Source: Akkermansia sp.
Lineage (GTDB): Bacteria; Verrucomicrobiota; Verrucomicrobiia; Verrucomicrobiales; Akkermansiaceae
DNA: 64,000 nt
Reading direction: 5' to 3'
NCBI GenBank assembly: GCA_030536145.1
Contig: JAUNQN010000004.1
Span: 34,239-98,238, forward strand
Part shown: piece by piece, positions 1 through 8,893 of the stretch
Numbering within the stretch: position 1 is the first letter of the stretch
Layout of the letters: each line of letters opens with the position of its first letter
The notes under the pieces: generated by a model
Told to the model about the DNA's origin: nothing
The model's input: the letters and a program-made list of their open reading frames with translations, nothing else
Database searches by the model: none
Made by a program: the position numbers and the translations under genes

Positions 1-64
1 TCACGGGGCGGGAATATACACAATGGGCAGGGTGTTTGTCAAGCGCGATATGATACGGTTACGC

Positions 65-93
65 TTGCAAACCCGCGCCGCGTGTGGTAGAAT
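65..93 (+). promoter_or_regulatory. sigma70-type promoter of metG (TTGCAA-N17-TGTGG-TAGAAT), near-leaderless
   Basis: -35 TTGCAA at 65-70 and TGTGG+TAGAAT at 83-93. The metG ATG (103) lies only 9 nt after the -10. The same extended -10 recurs before rnc, thiC, panC and typA. Confidence 0.55.
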
Positions 94-102
94 CCGCGCG
101 CT

Positions 103-1722
103 ATGTTCTACATTACGACAGCAATCGACTACACGAACGGTGCCCCGCACATCGGGCACGCCTACGAGAAGGTGTTGGCAGACGTATTGGCCCGCTGGCA
201 CCGAATGTGCGGCGAGGACGTGTATTTCCTGACGGGTGTGGACCAGCACGGCCAGAAAGTGCAGCAGAAGGCAGAGGCCGCCGGCATGGAGCCCAAGGAG
301 TACGCGGATGCGGTGATGCAGAAGTTCATCGCCCTGTGGGAGCGCCTGGGGATTCAGTATGACGGCTGGGCCGCCACCTCTGAGCCGCTGCATGAGCGCT
401 GCGTGCAGAAGATTCTCAGCAACCTGAAGGAGAAGGGCTGCCTGTACAAGAAGGCCTACAAGGGCTTCTATTCCGTGCGCCAGGAGCAGTTCCTCACGGA
501 GAAGGAGCGCGGCGAGGACGGCAATTTCGGCCCGGAATGGGGTGAGGTCATCGAGCTGGAGGAGGAGAACTGGTACTTCAATCTCAGTCAGCACATCGCC
601 TGGCTCAAGGAGTATGTGGAGACCCACCCGGAGGTGGTGACCCCGGAGTTCCGCCGCAAGAACCTGCTCAACGCCATAGAGCGCTCCGAGGGCGTGGATC
701 TGTGCATCTCCCGCCCCAAGTCCCGCCTCTCCTGGGGCATTCCGCTGCCTTTCGACCCGGAGTTTGTGACCTATGTGTGGTTTGATGCTCTGGTGAACTA
801 CATCTCCTTTGCCGGCTACCTGGCGGAGGAAGGCTCCGGCCTGCCGGATTTCTCCAAGCTCTGGCCCGCCGCATGCGAGGTCATCGGCAAGGATATCCTG
901 GTGCCCGCCCACGGCATCTACTGGCTGTGCATGCTGCATGCCATGGGGTTCGAGGACTGCGACATCCCCCGCCTGCTGGTACACGGCTGGCTGAACATCA
1001 ACGGCGAGAAGATGAGCAAGAGCCTGGGCAACATCGTGGACCCGAACGACCTGTGCGACGCTTTCGGCGCGGAGGCCGTGCGCTACTACCTGGTGCGCGA
1101 CACCAAGACCGGCTACGACAGCGACTTTGACCCGGAGCGCCTGAAGATGATTTACAACACGGAGCTGGCCAACGACCTGGGCAACCTGTGCAACCGCTCC
1201 CTGAACATGTGCCTGCGCTACTGCGGCGGCACCGTGACCGTGGGCGCGGAGGACGACGAGCTTTCTGCCAACCTGCGCAAGAGCCTGGCGGATACCGTGG
1301 CCCGCTTCCGCGAGCTGATGGACGCCTACAACACCGCCGATGCCCTGGGCGCGCTTAACGCCCACGTGGCCCTGTGCAATGCCTACATTGAGCAGAAGCA
1401 GCCCTGGGTGCTGGCCAAGGACGAGACCAAGCTGCCGGAGCTGCAGCGCACGCTGGCCCACCTGCTGGAGAGCTGCGCGCAGATAGGCTACCTGCTGGGC
1501 TGCGTGCTGCCGGATGCCTCCGCCCGTATCCTGGAGCAGCTGCAGGTGGATGCCGCCGGCCTGCTGCCGCAGCACCTGGCCTGGGGTATCATCCGTGATG
1601 GCCACACCATCCAGGCTCCCAGCCCGGTGTTCCCCCGCATCCTCTCTGAGGAGGAGAAGGCCAAGATGGCTGCCAAGGCTGCCAAGGCCGCGGAGAAGGC
1701 CGCCAAGAAGGCCCAGCAGTAA
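103..1722 (+). CDS. metG: methionyl-tRNA synthetase
   Basis: 539-aa ORF. N-terminus MFYITTAIDYTNGAPHIGHAYE carries the HIGH-type motif. KMSKSLGN is present. The C-terminal tail is Lys/Ala-rich. Confidence 0.95.
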   Translation: MFYITTAIDYTNGAPHIGHAYEKVLADVLARWHRMCGEDVYFLTGVDQHGQKVQQKAEAAGMEPKEYADAVMQKFIALWERLGIQYDGWAATSEPLHERCVQKILSNLKEKGCLYKKAYKGFYSVRQEQFLTEKERGEDGNFGPEWGEVIELEEENWYFNLSQHIAWLKEYVETHPEVVTPEFRRKNLLNAIERSEGVDLCISRPKSRLSWGIPLPFDPEFVTYVWFDALVNYISFAGYLAEEGSGLPDFSKLWPAACEVIGKDILVPAHGIYWLCMLHAMGFEDCDIPRLLVHGWLNINGEKMSKSLGNIVDPNDLCDAFGAEAVRYYLVRDTKTGYDSDFDPERLKMIYNTELANDLGNLCNRSLNMCLRYCGGTVTVGAEDDELSANLRKSLADTVARFRELMDAYNTADALGALNAHVALCNAYIEQKQPWVLAKDETKLPELQRTLAHLLESCAQIGYLLGCVLPDASARILEQLQVDAAGLLPQHLAWGIIRDGHTIQAPSPVFPRILSEEEKAKMAAKAAKAAEKAAKKAQQ

Positions 1723-1746
1723 GGCCGGGTGCAACAATTCAATCCC

Positions 1747-1780
1747 ACCCTGCGGGCGGTGCGCCTGCAGGGTGTTTTTT
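1747..1780 (+). terminator. rho-independent terminator of metG
   Basis: GC hairpin ACCCTGC..GCAGGGT (1747-1773) followed by TTTTTT (1775-1780), 25 nt after the metG stop. Confidence 0.8.
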
Positions 1781-1801
1781 CAGGGAAGGGTGAAAAAACG
1801 C

Positions 1802-1829
1802 TTGACTCCCCCTGTGGCGGTGTTACAAT
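1802..1829 (+). promoter_or_regulatory. orphan strong sigma70-type promoter (TTGACT-N16-TGtTACAAT) with no downstream ORF
   Basis: -35 TTGACT at 1802-1807 and extended -10 TGT+TACAAT at 1821-1829. It points into the structured AT-richer intergenic region 1836-2086. Confidence 0.5.
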
Positions 1830-1835
1830 GCAGCC

Positions 1836-2086
1836 AAGCTTAACAAGCTGACTATGTTATTATACTTTGTATAACCAAAACCCCGCAGCCGGTTGCCGCC
1901 GGCTGCGGGGTGATTCGTCTATATCATTTCAACGAATCTGGCGGCAATCAATGCGCACAAGTCGCATATCTGAGGCCACCATAGGACTATGTTATACATT
2001 TGGTATAACCGCCGCTGTTTTACGGCGGCAATGCAACCATAACACAACCGGGCGTGGCCTAACAAGAAAAAAGAGCTGCAGGGAGC
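1836..2086. ncRNA. candidate structured small RNA or 3'UTR region (family unknown)
   Basis: Non-coding, AT-richer than its surroundings. It holds a 26-27-nt direct repeat (1850-1876 and 1985-2010) and stems at 1881-1910 (12 bp), 1912-1938 (7 bp) and 2009-2028 (6 bp). A promoter lies on the + side and a terminator on the - side. Confidence 0.3.
1877..1910 (-). terminator. rho-independent terminator (minus orientation) downstream of the 5-FCL operon
   Basis: Perfect 12-bp stem CCCCGCAGCCGG/CCGGCTGCGGGG (1881-1910), followed on the minus strand by TTTT (1880-1877). Confidence 0.7.
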
Positions 2087-2635
2087 CTACAGGTGGATGA
2101 CCTGGGGGATGGGCAGGTCATGCCTGTCCACGGGTACAAAGGGTATGATTTGCTCCGCAAAGGCGGCGGCGCAGAGGCGGGCGCAGGTGCAGCGGGGCAG
2201 GTAGCGGTCATAGTAGCCGCCGCCGTAGCCCAGGCGTGCGCCGGCGGTGGTGAAGGCCACGCCCGGAACGATGACCAGGTCCAGCTCCTGCGGGGGGATG
2301 ACCGGCAAGTGGGCGTGCGGGGCGGGTATGCCCATGGCGGCGGGTGCCATATCCGCTGCGGGATCCTGCACGGGGTGGAACTCCATGCGGTGCTCCCGCC
2401 CGCAGCGGGGAAAGCAGAAGGTGTGCTGCGGGTATTCCTGCAGCAGGGGCAGCAGGTCCACCTCATGCGGCAGCGGCGCATAGATGGCCACGCGGAGCGG
2501 CTGCGGTACCGCCATCAGGGGCGCCAGCAAACGGCGCAGGGCGGCTGAGCGCCGCCCCGCGGGGTCGTTTGCCGCCGCATCCTTCAGCCTTAGCAGCATG
2601 GTGCGGCGCAGTTCCTGCTTGCCGGTGGGGAGCAT
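2087..2635 (-). CDS. 5-formyltetrahydrofolate cyclo-ligase
   Basis: 182 aa. GYGGGYYDR signature and VPGVAF motif. The internal Met of the 301-aa ORF was chosen because its ATG overlaps the upstream pgeF stop (ATGA at 2633-2637). Confidence 0.85.
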   Translation of the reverse strand: MLPTGKQELRRTMLLRLKDAAANDPAGRRSAALRRLLAPLMAVPQPLRVAIYAPLPHEVDLLPLLQEYPQHTFCFPRCGREHRMEFHPVQDPAADMAPAAMGIPAPHAHLPVIPPQELDLVIVPGVAFTTAGARLGYGGGYYDRYLPRCTCARLCAAAFAEQIIPFVPVDRHDLPIPQVIHL

Positions 2636-3318
2636 CAGGCTTGCGGTGTCTCCGGCAGGCGGCCGAAGAGGGCGAGCATGCGCCCGGTGTTGCCCTTCTC
2701 CATGCGGTAGGAGTAGAAGGTTTCCAGGTCTGAGGCGGTGTCCAGTCCGCAGTCGGTAATGTTCTCCGGCAGCAGGCCGGCTTCCGTCAGCTCCTCCTTG
2801 ATGCGGGTCACGATGTCCACCTCGTAATGCGGGGGGCGGATGCAGGGGGAGATGACGGCCACGCAATTGATGGGCTGCACGCCCAGGATCTTGTGCATGG
2901 CGGCCAGGGCCTCTCCCACAATGTTCTGCTGGGTGCCCAGCTTGCCGGAGTGGAGCAGGGCGCGGCTGCCCGTCACCGTATCGTAGATCCACACGGCGGC
3001 GCAGTCTGCCACATAGATACCCAGGCAGCAGTCTGCCTTGCTGCCGCAGAACAGGCCGTCCACGCCCTCCACGGGGTACGAGCAGCCTATATCGCCCACC
3101 AGGGCCACCTTGTTGCCGTGTACCTGCTGGGCGCGGCGGAGCATCTTGGGGTCCAGTCCGGCCTCGCGCAGCACTTCCTCATGGGTGGGGGAAAGGGCGG
3201 TGATGACGGCGGCGCGGTCCGTGGTGGTGGCCACGCCGGGAATGCGGGTGACAAAGCGTGCAAAGTTCTCCGGGTAGGAGTTGAGCTTGTCCAGGTATGC
3301 GGGGGAATACTTGTTCAT
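2635..3318 (-). CDS. pgeF: YfiH/PgeF-family (DUF152) peptidoglycan editing factor / purine nucleoside phosphorylase-like protein
   Basis: 227 aa. VADCAAV...LHSGKLG...SPCI..PHYEV matches the ADC / HAGWRG-like / CI..YEV layout of the YfiH family. Confidence 0.8.
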   Translation of the reverse strand: MNKYSPAYLDKLNSYPENFARFVTRIPGVATTTDRAAVITALSPTHEEVLREAGLDPKMLRRAQQVHGNKVALVGDIGCSYPVEGVDGLFCGSKADCCLGIYVADCAAVWIYDTVTGSRALLHSGKLGTQQNIVGEALAAMHKILGVQPINCVAVISPCIRPPHYEVDIVTRIKEELTEAGLLPENITDCGLDTASDLETFYSYRMEKGNTGRMLALFGRLPETPQA

Positions 3319-3343
3319 CGTCTTGGTATGAAAGGGGGTGGGG

Positions 3344-3802
3344 TCAGTCCTTGGTTGCGGCGTGGCGGGTGATGAGGCGGCGGGCGGGGGCCAGCTTTTC
3401 CGCGCGGTCGTCGCTGGCCATCAGCTGGGCCAGCTCCTCGGCTATGTTGTTGCGCATCTGAGCCACCAGCTCACGTCCCTGGTCCGTGATGCGCACCATA
3501 ATCTTGCGGCGGTCTGCCGCGGCGGTGTAGCGCTTCAGGTGCCCCAGGGTCTGCAGCTTGTCCACCATGCCGGTGGCGGCTGCGGTGGAGTGGCCCATCA
3601 TGCGGGCTATGTTGCTCATGGACAGGCAGTCCTCCTCCGCCAGGTAGGTGAGCAGGAAAAACTGCGGGTAGGAGACCTTGCCGCGGTTCAGCTCCGGGGA
3701 AAGGCTCAGGATGCAGCTGCGCTGTGAGAAAAGGACAAAGTCTGCAAGATGTTGTACCTCGTCTGTCGTCAATGCGTGGTTGTGACTTGTATCTGGTTTC
3801 AT
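3344..3802 (-). CDS. MarR-family transcriptional regulator
   Basis: 152 aa. Winged-HTH segment LSMSNIARMMGHSTAAATGMVDKLQTLGHLKRYTAAADRRKIMVRITDQG is typical of MarR. Confidence 0.85.
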   Translation of the reverse strand: MKPDTSHNHALTTDEVQHLADFVLFSQRSCILSLSPELNRGKVSYPQFFLLTYLAEEDCLSMSNIARMMGHSTAAATGMVDKLQTLGHLKRYTAAADRRKIMVRITDQGRELVAQMRNNIAEELAQLMASDDRAEKLAPARRLITRHAATKD

Positions 3803-3826
3803 AAGTTTGACCTTTCCGTGTGAGTG

Positions 3827-3854
3827 ATATTAAGGTTTTGCTGACCTTTTGCAA
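3827..3854 (-). promoter_or_regulatory. putative promoter of the MarR gene (TTGCAA-N16-TAATAT)
   Basis: Minus strand: -35 TTGCAA (3854-3849) and -10 TAATAT (3832-3827). An SD-like GGAAAGG lies about 9 nt before the ATG at 3802. Confidence 0.45.
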
Positions 3855-3920
3855 GCTTAAAATTTGCGGGCTTCCGAAGCTGCGAAGCCTCTTTTTCCAC
3901 CGCTCAAATGATGTGGGGTG

Positions 3921-3958
3921 AAGAGAAAAGGGACACCACAATATCTTGTGGTGTCCCT
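3921..3958 (-). terminator. rho-independent terminator after the 3996-4391 gene
   Basis: 11-bp stem GGGACACCACA/TGTGGTGTCCC (3930-3958), followed on the minus strand by TTTTCTCTT. Confidence 0.75.
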
Positions 3959-3995
3959 AAAATGCATTTTTTTCGTCAGCCAGGGAAGGCGGGGG

Positions 3996-4391
3996 CTATT
4001 CCAGCCCGGCTTGCAGGATTTGGCGCAGCTCGTCCGTCATCAGCCCGTCCTTTTCCAGGCGGTCCCGGTGGGAGCGGATGGTGCGCCAGATGTGCAGGAA
4101 CTGCACGGCCAGGCTCTGGGATGCCAGGTAATCCTGCACGGTGGGTTCCGGCAGGGCTTTCTGCGCCTCGGAGAGGTTGCGGGCCTCCTTGGCCAGCTCA
4201 CGGAGCTTGGGCATGGCAGCCTGTACGGATTCCGCATCCGTGCAGGAGCGCAGGCAGAGCTCCGTGCGGGAAAGGAAATCCGTGATGGCGCGCGCCAGGT
4301 CGCTGTGGCTTTCCGGCAGGGCGGGTGCGGTTTCCGCAGCCGGGGCGGTGGCGGCCAGGGCGCAGGGGAGGATGGCGGCAGCGCGGAGCAT
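3996..4391 (-). CDS. secreted helical hypothetical protein
   Basis: 131 aa. Signal-like N-terminus MLRAAAILPCALAATAPAAE. It shares a helical 'A..MPKLRELAKEA' module with the ORFs at 61008, 32866 and 33793. Confidence 0.6.
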   Translation of the reverse strand: MLRAAAILPCALAATAPAAETAPALPESHSDLARAITDFLSRTELCLRSCTDAESVQAAMPKLRELAKEARNLSEAQKALPEPTVQDYLASQSLAVQFLHIWRTIRSHRDRLEKDGLMTDELRQILQAGLE

Positions 4392-4407
4392 GGCAGGGGG
4401 CGGTGGG

Positions 4408-5277
4408 TTAGTTGTTCTCGTCCAGCTCTTCTTCCACTATCTCCTCCACATATTCCTCATGGTAGTGCTCGCGGTGGCCCAGGCGGAGCTTGGTGCCGCA
4501 GGCGGGGCAAGTGAACTTGCCGGTGAAGACAATGCGCAGGGCCAGTGTGAAGGTGTACCCCAGCAGCGGCAGGTAGTGCGCGTATTTGTTGCGCGGGTAG
4601 TTGCGGAAGCTGAACAGGTGGATGTGGCACACCGTGCACTTGGCGTGGTAGTTGTAGATGAAGTAGATAATGAGCACCGCTGCCATGATGCCCATGTAGA
4701 GCAGAATCTCATCCCTGGATATGCCGTTGCCCAGGATGGCGACCGGCAGGTAGATGGCCATGGCAATGCAGGGAATCAGCAGCAGGGTGACCAGGGCCCC
4801 GAAGAATACCAGGGTGGAGTGGCCGCAGCGGATGGTGCTGAAACGCTTGCTCTTGCCCTTTTCCTCCTGCGCCTGTCCCAGCCCGGAGTTGGGAATAGCC
4901 ATTTGCGGGAGGTCGTCGAAAAACTGGGACTCCGTGGGCTGGCGGCGCACGATGAAATCGTCCACCATGGTTACTTCCGGTTCCTCCTTCTTGGGCGCGG
5001 GGGCTGCATGGCGGAAAGCTGCAGGAGCCTCCTGTCCCCCTTCCTGCGGCTCAATGCCCAGGTGGGCGCATGCCTCGCGGTACAGGTACTCCAGGCGGGC
5101 ATTTGAGAAAGTGCCGTCGTTGATATCCAGCGGGAAGAAGGACCTGGCCTGGTCCAGCTCCCGCCGCAGGGCTGCCGGCGTAATCTTGGCCAGCAGTTCC
5201 ACAGAGGTAATGCCGCAGCATTTCAGCTCGCGGCGCTCATCCTTGCTGACGAGACTCTCGAAGAAATCCTCGCTCAT
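4408..5277 (-). CDS. hypothetical multi-pass membrane protein with CxxC...CxxC zinc-ribbon-like motif
   Basis: 289 aa. Soluble N-terminal region, then about 4 hydrophobic helices. CTVCH and CPACG pairs are present, and the C-terminal tail is acidic. Confidence 0.6.
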   Translation of the reverse strand: MSEDFFESLVSKDERRELKCCGITSVELLAKITPAALRRELDQARSFFPLDINDGTFSNARLEYLYREACAHLGIEPQEGGQEAPAAFRHAAPAPKKEEPEVTMVDDFIVRRQPTESQFFDDLPQMAIPNSGLGQAQEEKGKSKRFSTIRCGHSTLVFFGALVTLLLIPCIAMAIYLPVAILGNGISRDEILLYMGIMAAVLIIYFIYNYHAKCTVCHIHLFSFRNYPRNKYAHYLPLLGYTFTLALRIVFTGKFTCPACGTKLRLGHREHYHEEYVEEIVEEELDENN

Positions 5278-5308
5278 GGTTGACTGCGTGTGTTAGCTGT
5301 GTGGCGTA

Positions 5309-7984
5309 TCAGGAGAGTGCGGAAAGCATGCTTTCCAGCTGGGCCTTCTTGGCTTCCCAGTCGGCCAGGCGGGCGCGTTCCTGCTCCACCACCTCGGCGG
5401 GGGCGCGGTCCACAAAGGAGGCGTTGCCCAGCTTGGCGCTGCACTTGGCTATCTCCTTGGTCATCTTCTCCAGCTCCTTGGTAATGCGGGCGCGCTCCGC
5501 CGCCACATCCACTAGGCCTTCCAGCGGCAGGAACAGCTCACCAAAGGGCGTGAGCGCCGTGGGCGTGCCCTTGGGCGCATCATACGCGGCATCCGCCGTG
5601 GCGGATTGGGCGCCGGCCAGCAGGGCCAGGCGGTCGCACAGGTCGGCATCCACGGGCAGGGCGGGCTTCAGGACCAGGCGCACCTTCTTGTTGGTGGCCA
5701 GGTTGTATTCCGCCTTCAGGTTGCGGGCTCGGTTGGCCGTCTCATACAGGGCTGCGGCCAGCACGCCTGCCTTGGAAACGGCGGTCTCGTCCAGCCCGGA
5801 GAGCAGGGCCTCCGCCTTGGGCAGCGGGGTGCTCATGAGCGGCAGGCCGTTCTCCCTGGCGGCAAATCCCAGGCTGGCCCACAGTTCCTCTGCAATGTGG
5901 GGCATGATGGGTGCCAGCAGCGCCAGGTAGTGGCGCAGCACGGTGTCCATGGTGTGCAGGGTGGCGTTGCGCACGGCGGGGTCGCCCTCGCGCAGGTCGT
6001 TCTTCACCGCCTCCAGGAACAGGGAGCAGTACTCGTTCCAGAAGAAGGAGTAGAGCGCCTGGGTGTAGGTGTTGAACTCGTATTTGGCAAAGGCATCCGC
6101 CACCTCTGCATGCAGCTTCTTGAGCTTGGCCAGGATATCGATGTGCACCGGGGTGAACCTGGGTGCCGGGTCCGTGGTGGCCTCTCCCTGCATCATGCGG
6201 AAGCGCGCGGCGTTGTACAGCTTGTTGGCAAAGTTCTTGCCTTCCTCAATCTGTTTTTCGTCAAACTTCACGTCCGTGCCGGTGGGGGCAATGCGCATCA
6301 GGCCGAAGCGCAGGCCGTCTGCGCCGTACTTGGCGATGAGGTCCAGCGGGTCCGGGCTGTTGCCCAGGCTCTTGCTCATCTTGCGGCCCTGCAGGTCACG
6401 CACAATGGAGGTGAAGAACACGTTGGAGAACGGCTTGCGGCCGCCGGCAAAGCGGTAGCCGGCCATAATCATGCGCGCCACCCAGAAGAAGATGATATCC
6501 GGGCCGGTCACCAGGTCGCTGGTGGGGTAGAACTTGGCCAGGCAGTCCGCATCCATGGTGGCAAAGGGCCACAGCCAGCTGCTGAACCAGGTGTCCAGGG
6601 CGTCCTCGTCCTGCACCCAGTTCTCCGGGTCTGCGGGGGGCTCCACGCCCACGTAGATATCGCCGGCCTCGGCATCGGTCTCGTCCAGCTTGGTGGCCTC
6701 CTGCAGCTCCTGTGCCTTGTCCTTGCGGTACCACACGGGGATGCGGTGGCCCCACCAGAGCTGGCGGCTGATGCACCAGTCCTGGATGCCCTCCAGCCAG
6801 TGGGCGTAGGTCTTGGCCCAGCGGGCGGGGCGGAAGGTGATGTCGCCGTTGGCCACGGCGTCCGCGGCCTCCTGCACGCAGGGGTATTTCAGGAACCACT
6901 GCATGCTCAGGCGCGGCTCGATGGGAGCGTCGGAGCGCTGGCTCACACCCACGTTGTTGTCGTAGTTCTCCACCTTCTCCAGCAGGCCCTTGGCCTCTAT
7001 GAGCTCAATGGACTTGTCACGCGCCACAAAGCGGTCCAGGCCGTGCAGCTCCGGGCACTGCGGGCAGTTGATGTGGCCGTCTGCGGTGAGCACGTCGATG
7101 ATTTCCAGGTTGTTCTTCATGCCCACCTCAAAGTCCGTGCGGTCATGGGCGGGGGTGATCTTGAGCGCGCCGGTGCCGAACTCGATCTCCACGTGGTCGT
7201 CTGCAATGATGGGGATTTCCGTCTCCACCAGCGGGCGGATGACGGTCTTGCCGATGAGGTGGGAGAAGCGGGGGTCCTTGGGGTTCACGGCCACGGCCAC
7301 GTCCGCCATGATGGTTTCCGGACGGGTGGTGGAAACCAGGAGCTGGCCGGAGCCGTCCGCCAGCTTGTAGCGGATGGTGTAGAGCTTGCTGTGGGTGGGG
7401 GTCATGATGACCTCCTCGTCGGAGAGGGCGGTGCGGAGCACGGGGTCCCAGTTCACCATGCGGCGGCCGCGGTAGATGAGGCCCTGCTTGAAAAGCTCCG
7501 TGAAGGCGCGTGCCACCTCCGGGGCAAACACGTCGTCCATGGTAAAGCGCTCGCGGTCCCAGTCGCAGGAGCAGCCCAGTTTCTTGAGCTGCTTGATGAT
7601 GATGCCGCCGTGCTTCTGCTTCCAATCCCAGACCATCTTCACAAAATCCTCTCGGCCCACGTCATAGCGGGTGCGGGGCGGGTTCTCCTTGGCCAGTTCC
7701 TTTTCCACGCGGGCCTGGGTGGCAATGCCGGCGTGGTCCGTGCCGGGCAGCCAGAGCACTTCCTTGCCCTCCTGGCGGGCGCGGCGGGCCAGGATATCCT
7801 GGATGGTGTTGTTGAGCACGTGGCCCATGTGGAGTACGCCCGTCACGTTGGGCGGGGGGATGACGATGCTGTATGCGGGCTTGGAGGAGTGGGGGTCTGC
7901 GTGGAAGCAGCCTTCACCCATCCAGCGGGCCTGCCATTTGTCTTCAACCAGTGTCGGATCGTACGCCTTGGGTAACTCAGTCAT
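5309..7984 (-). CDS. valS: valyl-tRNA synthetase
   Basis: 891 aa. PPPNVTGVLHMGH (HIGH region), KMSKSLGN, and a C-terminal coiled-coil typical of ValRS. Confidence 0.97.
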   Translation of the reverse strand: MTELPKAYDPTLVEDKWQARWMGEGCFHADPHSSKPAYSIVIPPPNVTGVLHMGHVLNNTIQDILARRARQEGKEVLWLPGTDHAGIATQARVEKELAKENPPRTRYDVGREDFVKMVWDWKQKHGGIIIKQLKKLGCSCDWDRERFTMDDVFAPEVARAFTELFKQGLIYRGRRMVNWDPVLRTALSDEEVIMTPTHSKLYTIRYKLADGSGQLLVSTTRPETIMADVAVAVNPKDPRFSHLIGKTVIRPLVETEIPIIADDHVEIEFGTGALKITPAHDRTDFEVGMKNNLEIIDVLTADGHINCPQCPELHGLDRFVARDKSIELIEAKGLLEKVENYDNNVGVSQRSDAPIEPRLSMQWFLKYPCVQEAADAVANGDITFRPARWAKTYAHWLEGIQDWCISRQLWWGHRIPVWYRKDKAQELQEATKLDETDAEAGDIYVGVEPPADPENWVQDEDALDTWFSSWLWPFATMDADCLAKFYPTSDLVTGPDIIFFWVARMIMAGYRFAGGRKPFSNVFFTSIVRDLQGRKMSKSLGNSPDPLDLIAKYGADGLRFGLMRIAPTGTDVKFDEKQIEEGKNFANKLYNAARFRMMQGEATTDPAPRFTPVHIDILAKLKKLHAEVADAFAKYEFNTYTQALYSFFWNEYCSLFLEAVKNDLREGDPAVRNATLHTMDTVLRHYLALLAPIMPHIAEELWASLGFAARENGLPLMSTPLPKAEALLSGLDETAVSKAGVLAAALYETANRARNLKAEYNLATNKKVRLVLKPALPVDADLCDRLALLAGAQSATADAAYDAPKGTPTALTPFGELFLPLEGLVDVAAERARITKELEKMTKEIAKCSAKLGNASFVDRAPAEVVEQERARLADWEAKKAQLESMLSALS

Positions 7985-8134
7985 TTTGTGCTAAAGTTGT
8001 CTTGCGGGGGAGGGTAGCACATACGCGCGCGCATGGCAAGCCAAATGTGCGGCTGCGGGCGCGGCGGGAGGAAAAGCAACGCGCCCCGTGCAGCACATGG
8101 CAGCGCGGGGCGGGGAAGGGAGCGGTGCCCTGCC

Positions 8135-8872
8135 TTACATGGCGGCGGCTGCGGTGCGCAGCAGGCCTGCCAGGTGGCGGTAGTAGGCGGCCATGGCGGT
8201 GCGCTGCCCCTTGCGGGTGAGTTCCGGGTGGGCCATGATATGGTCCGTGGCCTGCTGCAGGAGCTCCAGCTTGGCCATGAGCTGGTGGGCCAGCATGTTC
8301 ATGCGGCGCTCACTGAGCACGGCTGCGGCCTCCGGGTGCTCGGAATCCAGCACGGCCATCTCCCGGCGGGTGGTTTTCACCATGGCGGAAACGGTGGCGT
8401 CCTTGGCATCTTCCAAGGCGGAAATCTCATCCGCCATGCGGGTCAGGCGGGCGTTCTTTGCCTGCAGGTACCTGCGGTGGTTTTCCGGCAGGGCGGTTGC
8501 GGGCTCCCCTGCGGTGGCGCGCGCCGTGTTCACGGCCAGCGTCTTGGGCTCGGCGGCCTTGTCCTGCTCGTACACCTCTGCGGTCTGTTCCATGCCGGCG
8601 GCGGTGGCGTTCAGGATGTAGGCCTGCACGGGGGCGGGCAGGGTGTCAAGCTCCGGCACGGGGGGCAGGGGCGGCAGGGCGGGTTCCGCAGGCTCTGCCG
8701 GGGCAGGCTGCACCGCCGGGGCGGCCGGCTTGGCGGGAGCCGCAGGTTTGGCAGGTTTGGCAGGTGCCTTGGTTGTCTTCGCGGCGGGCTTGGCGGGTGC
8801 CTTGGCCGCAGCGGCGCAGGGCAGGGCCGCGCAGAGCACGGCTGTGCAGAGTATGGCGGGCAGTCCGTTCAT
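8135..8872 (-). CDS. secreted hypothetical protein with Ala/Pro/Lys-rich linker
   Basis: 245 aa. Signal peptide MNGLPAILCTAVLCAALPCAAA, then a KAPAKPAAKTTKAPAKPAKPAAPAKPAAPA low-complexity stretch, then a helical C-terminal domain. Confidence 0.6.
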   Translation of the reverse strand: MNGLPAILCTAVLCAALPCAAAAKAPAKPAAKTTKAPAKPAKPAAPAKPAAPAVQPAPAEPAEPALPPLPPVPELDTLPAPVQAYILNATAAGMEQTAEVYEQDKAAEPKTLAVNTARATAGEPATALPENHRRYLQAKNARLTRMADEISALEDAKDATVSAMVKTTRREMAVLDSEHPEAAAVLSERRMNMLAHQLMAKLELLQQATDHIMAHPELTRKGQRTAMAAYYRHLAGLLRTAAAAM

Positions 8873-8893
8873 GTCATGAAATCCGGCGGCGGC

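Noticed and set aside
1-1737. 578-aa minus-strand ORF covering the whole of metG
   Set aside because: It is antisense to a gene with unambiguous MetRS motifs. Its translation is Leu/Gly/Ala/Arg/His-rich low-complexity sequence, typical of stop-free antisense frames in GC-rich DNA.
1836-2086. 6S RNA (ssrS), because 6S is classically linked to the 5-formyl-THF cyclo-ligase gene
   Set aside because: In the classical arrangement ssrS is upstream and co-oriented with the cyclo-ligase gene. Here the region is downstream or convergent. I also could not draw the long closing stem and central bubble, since the main repeats are direct rather than inverted.
5606-7975. Very long antisense or out-of-frame ORFs in the track (e.g. 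5606-7975 +, 13326-15776 +, 30366-32585 +, 34932-37094 +, 39510-41267 -, 41331-42659 -, 49536-51773 +, 53282-54355 +, 58111-59499 -, 61709-63520 -)
   Set aside because: Each mirrors a gene with strong family motifs on the other strand or in another frame. Their products are biased to G/A/R/H/L with no motifs. They are GC-content artefacts.
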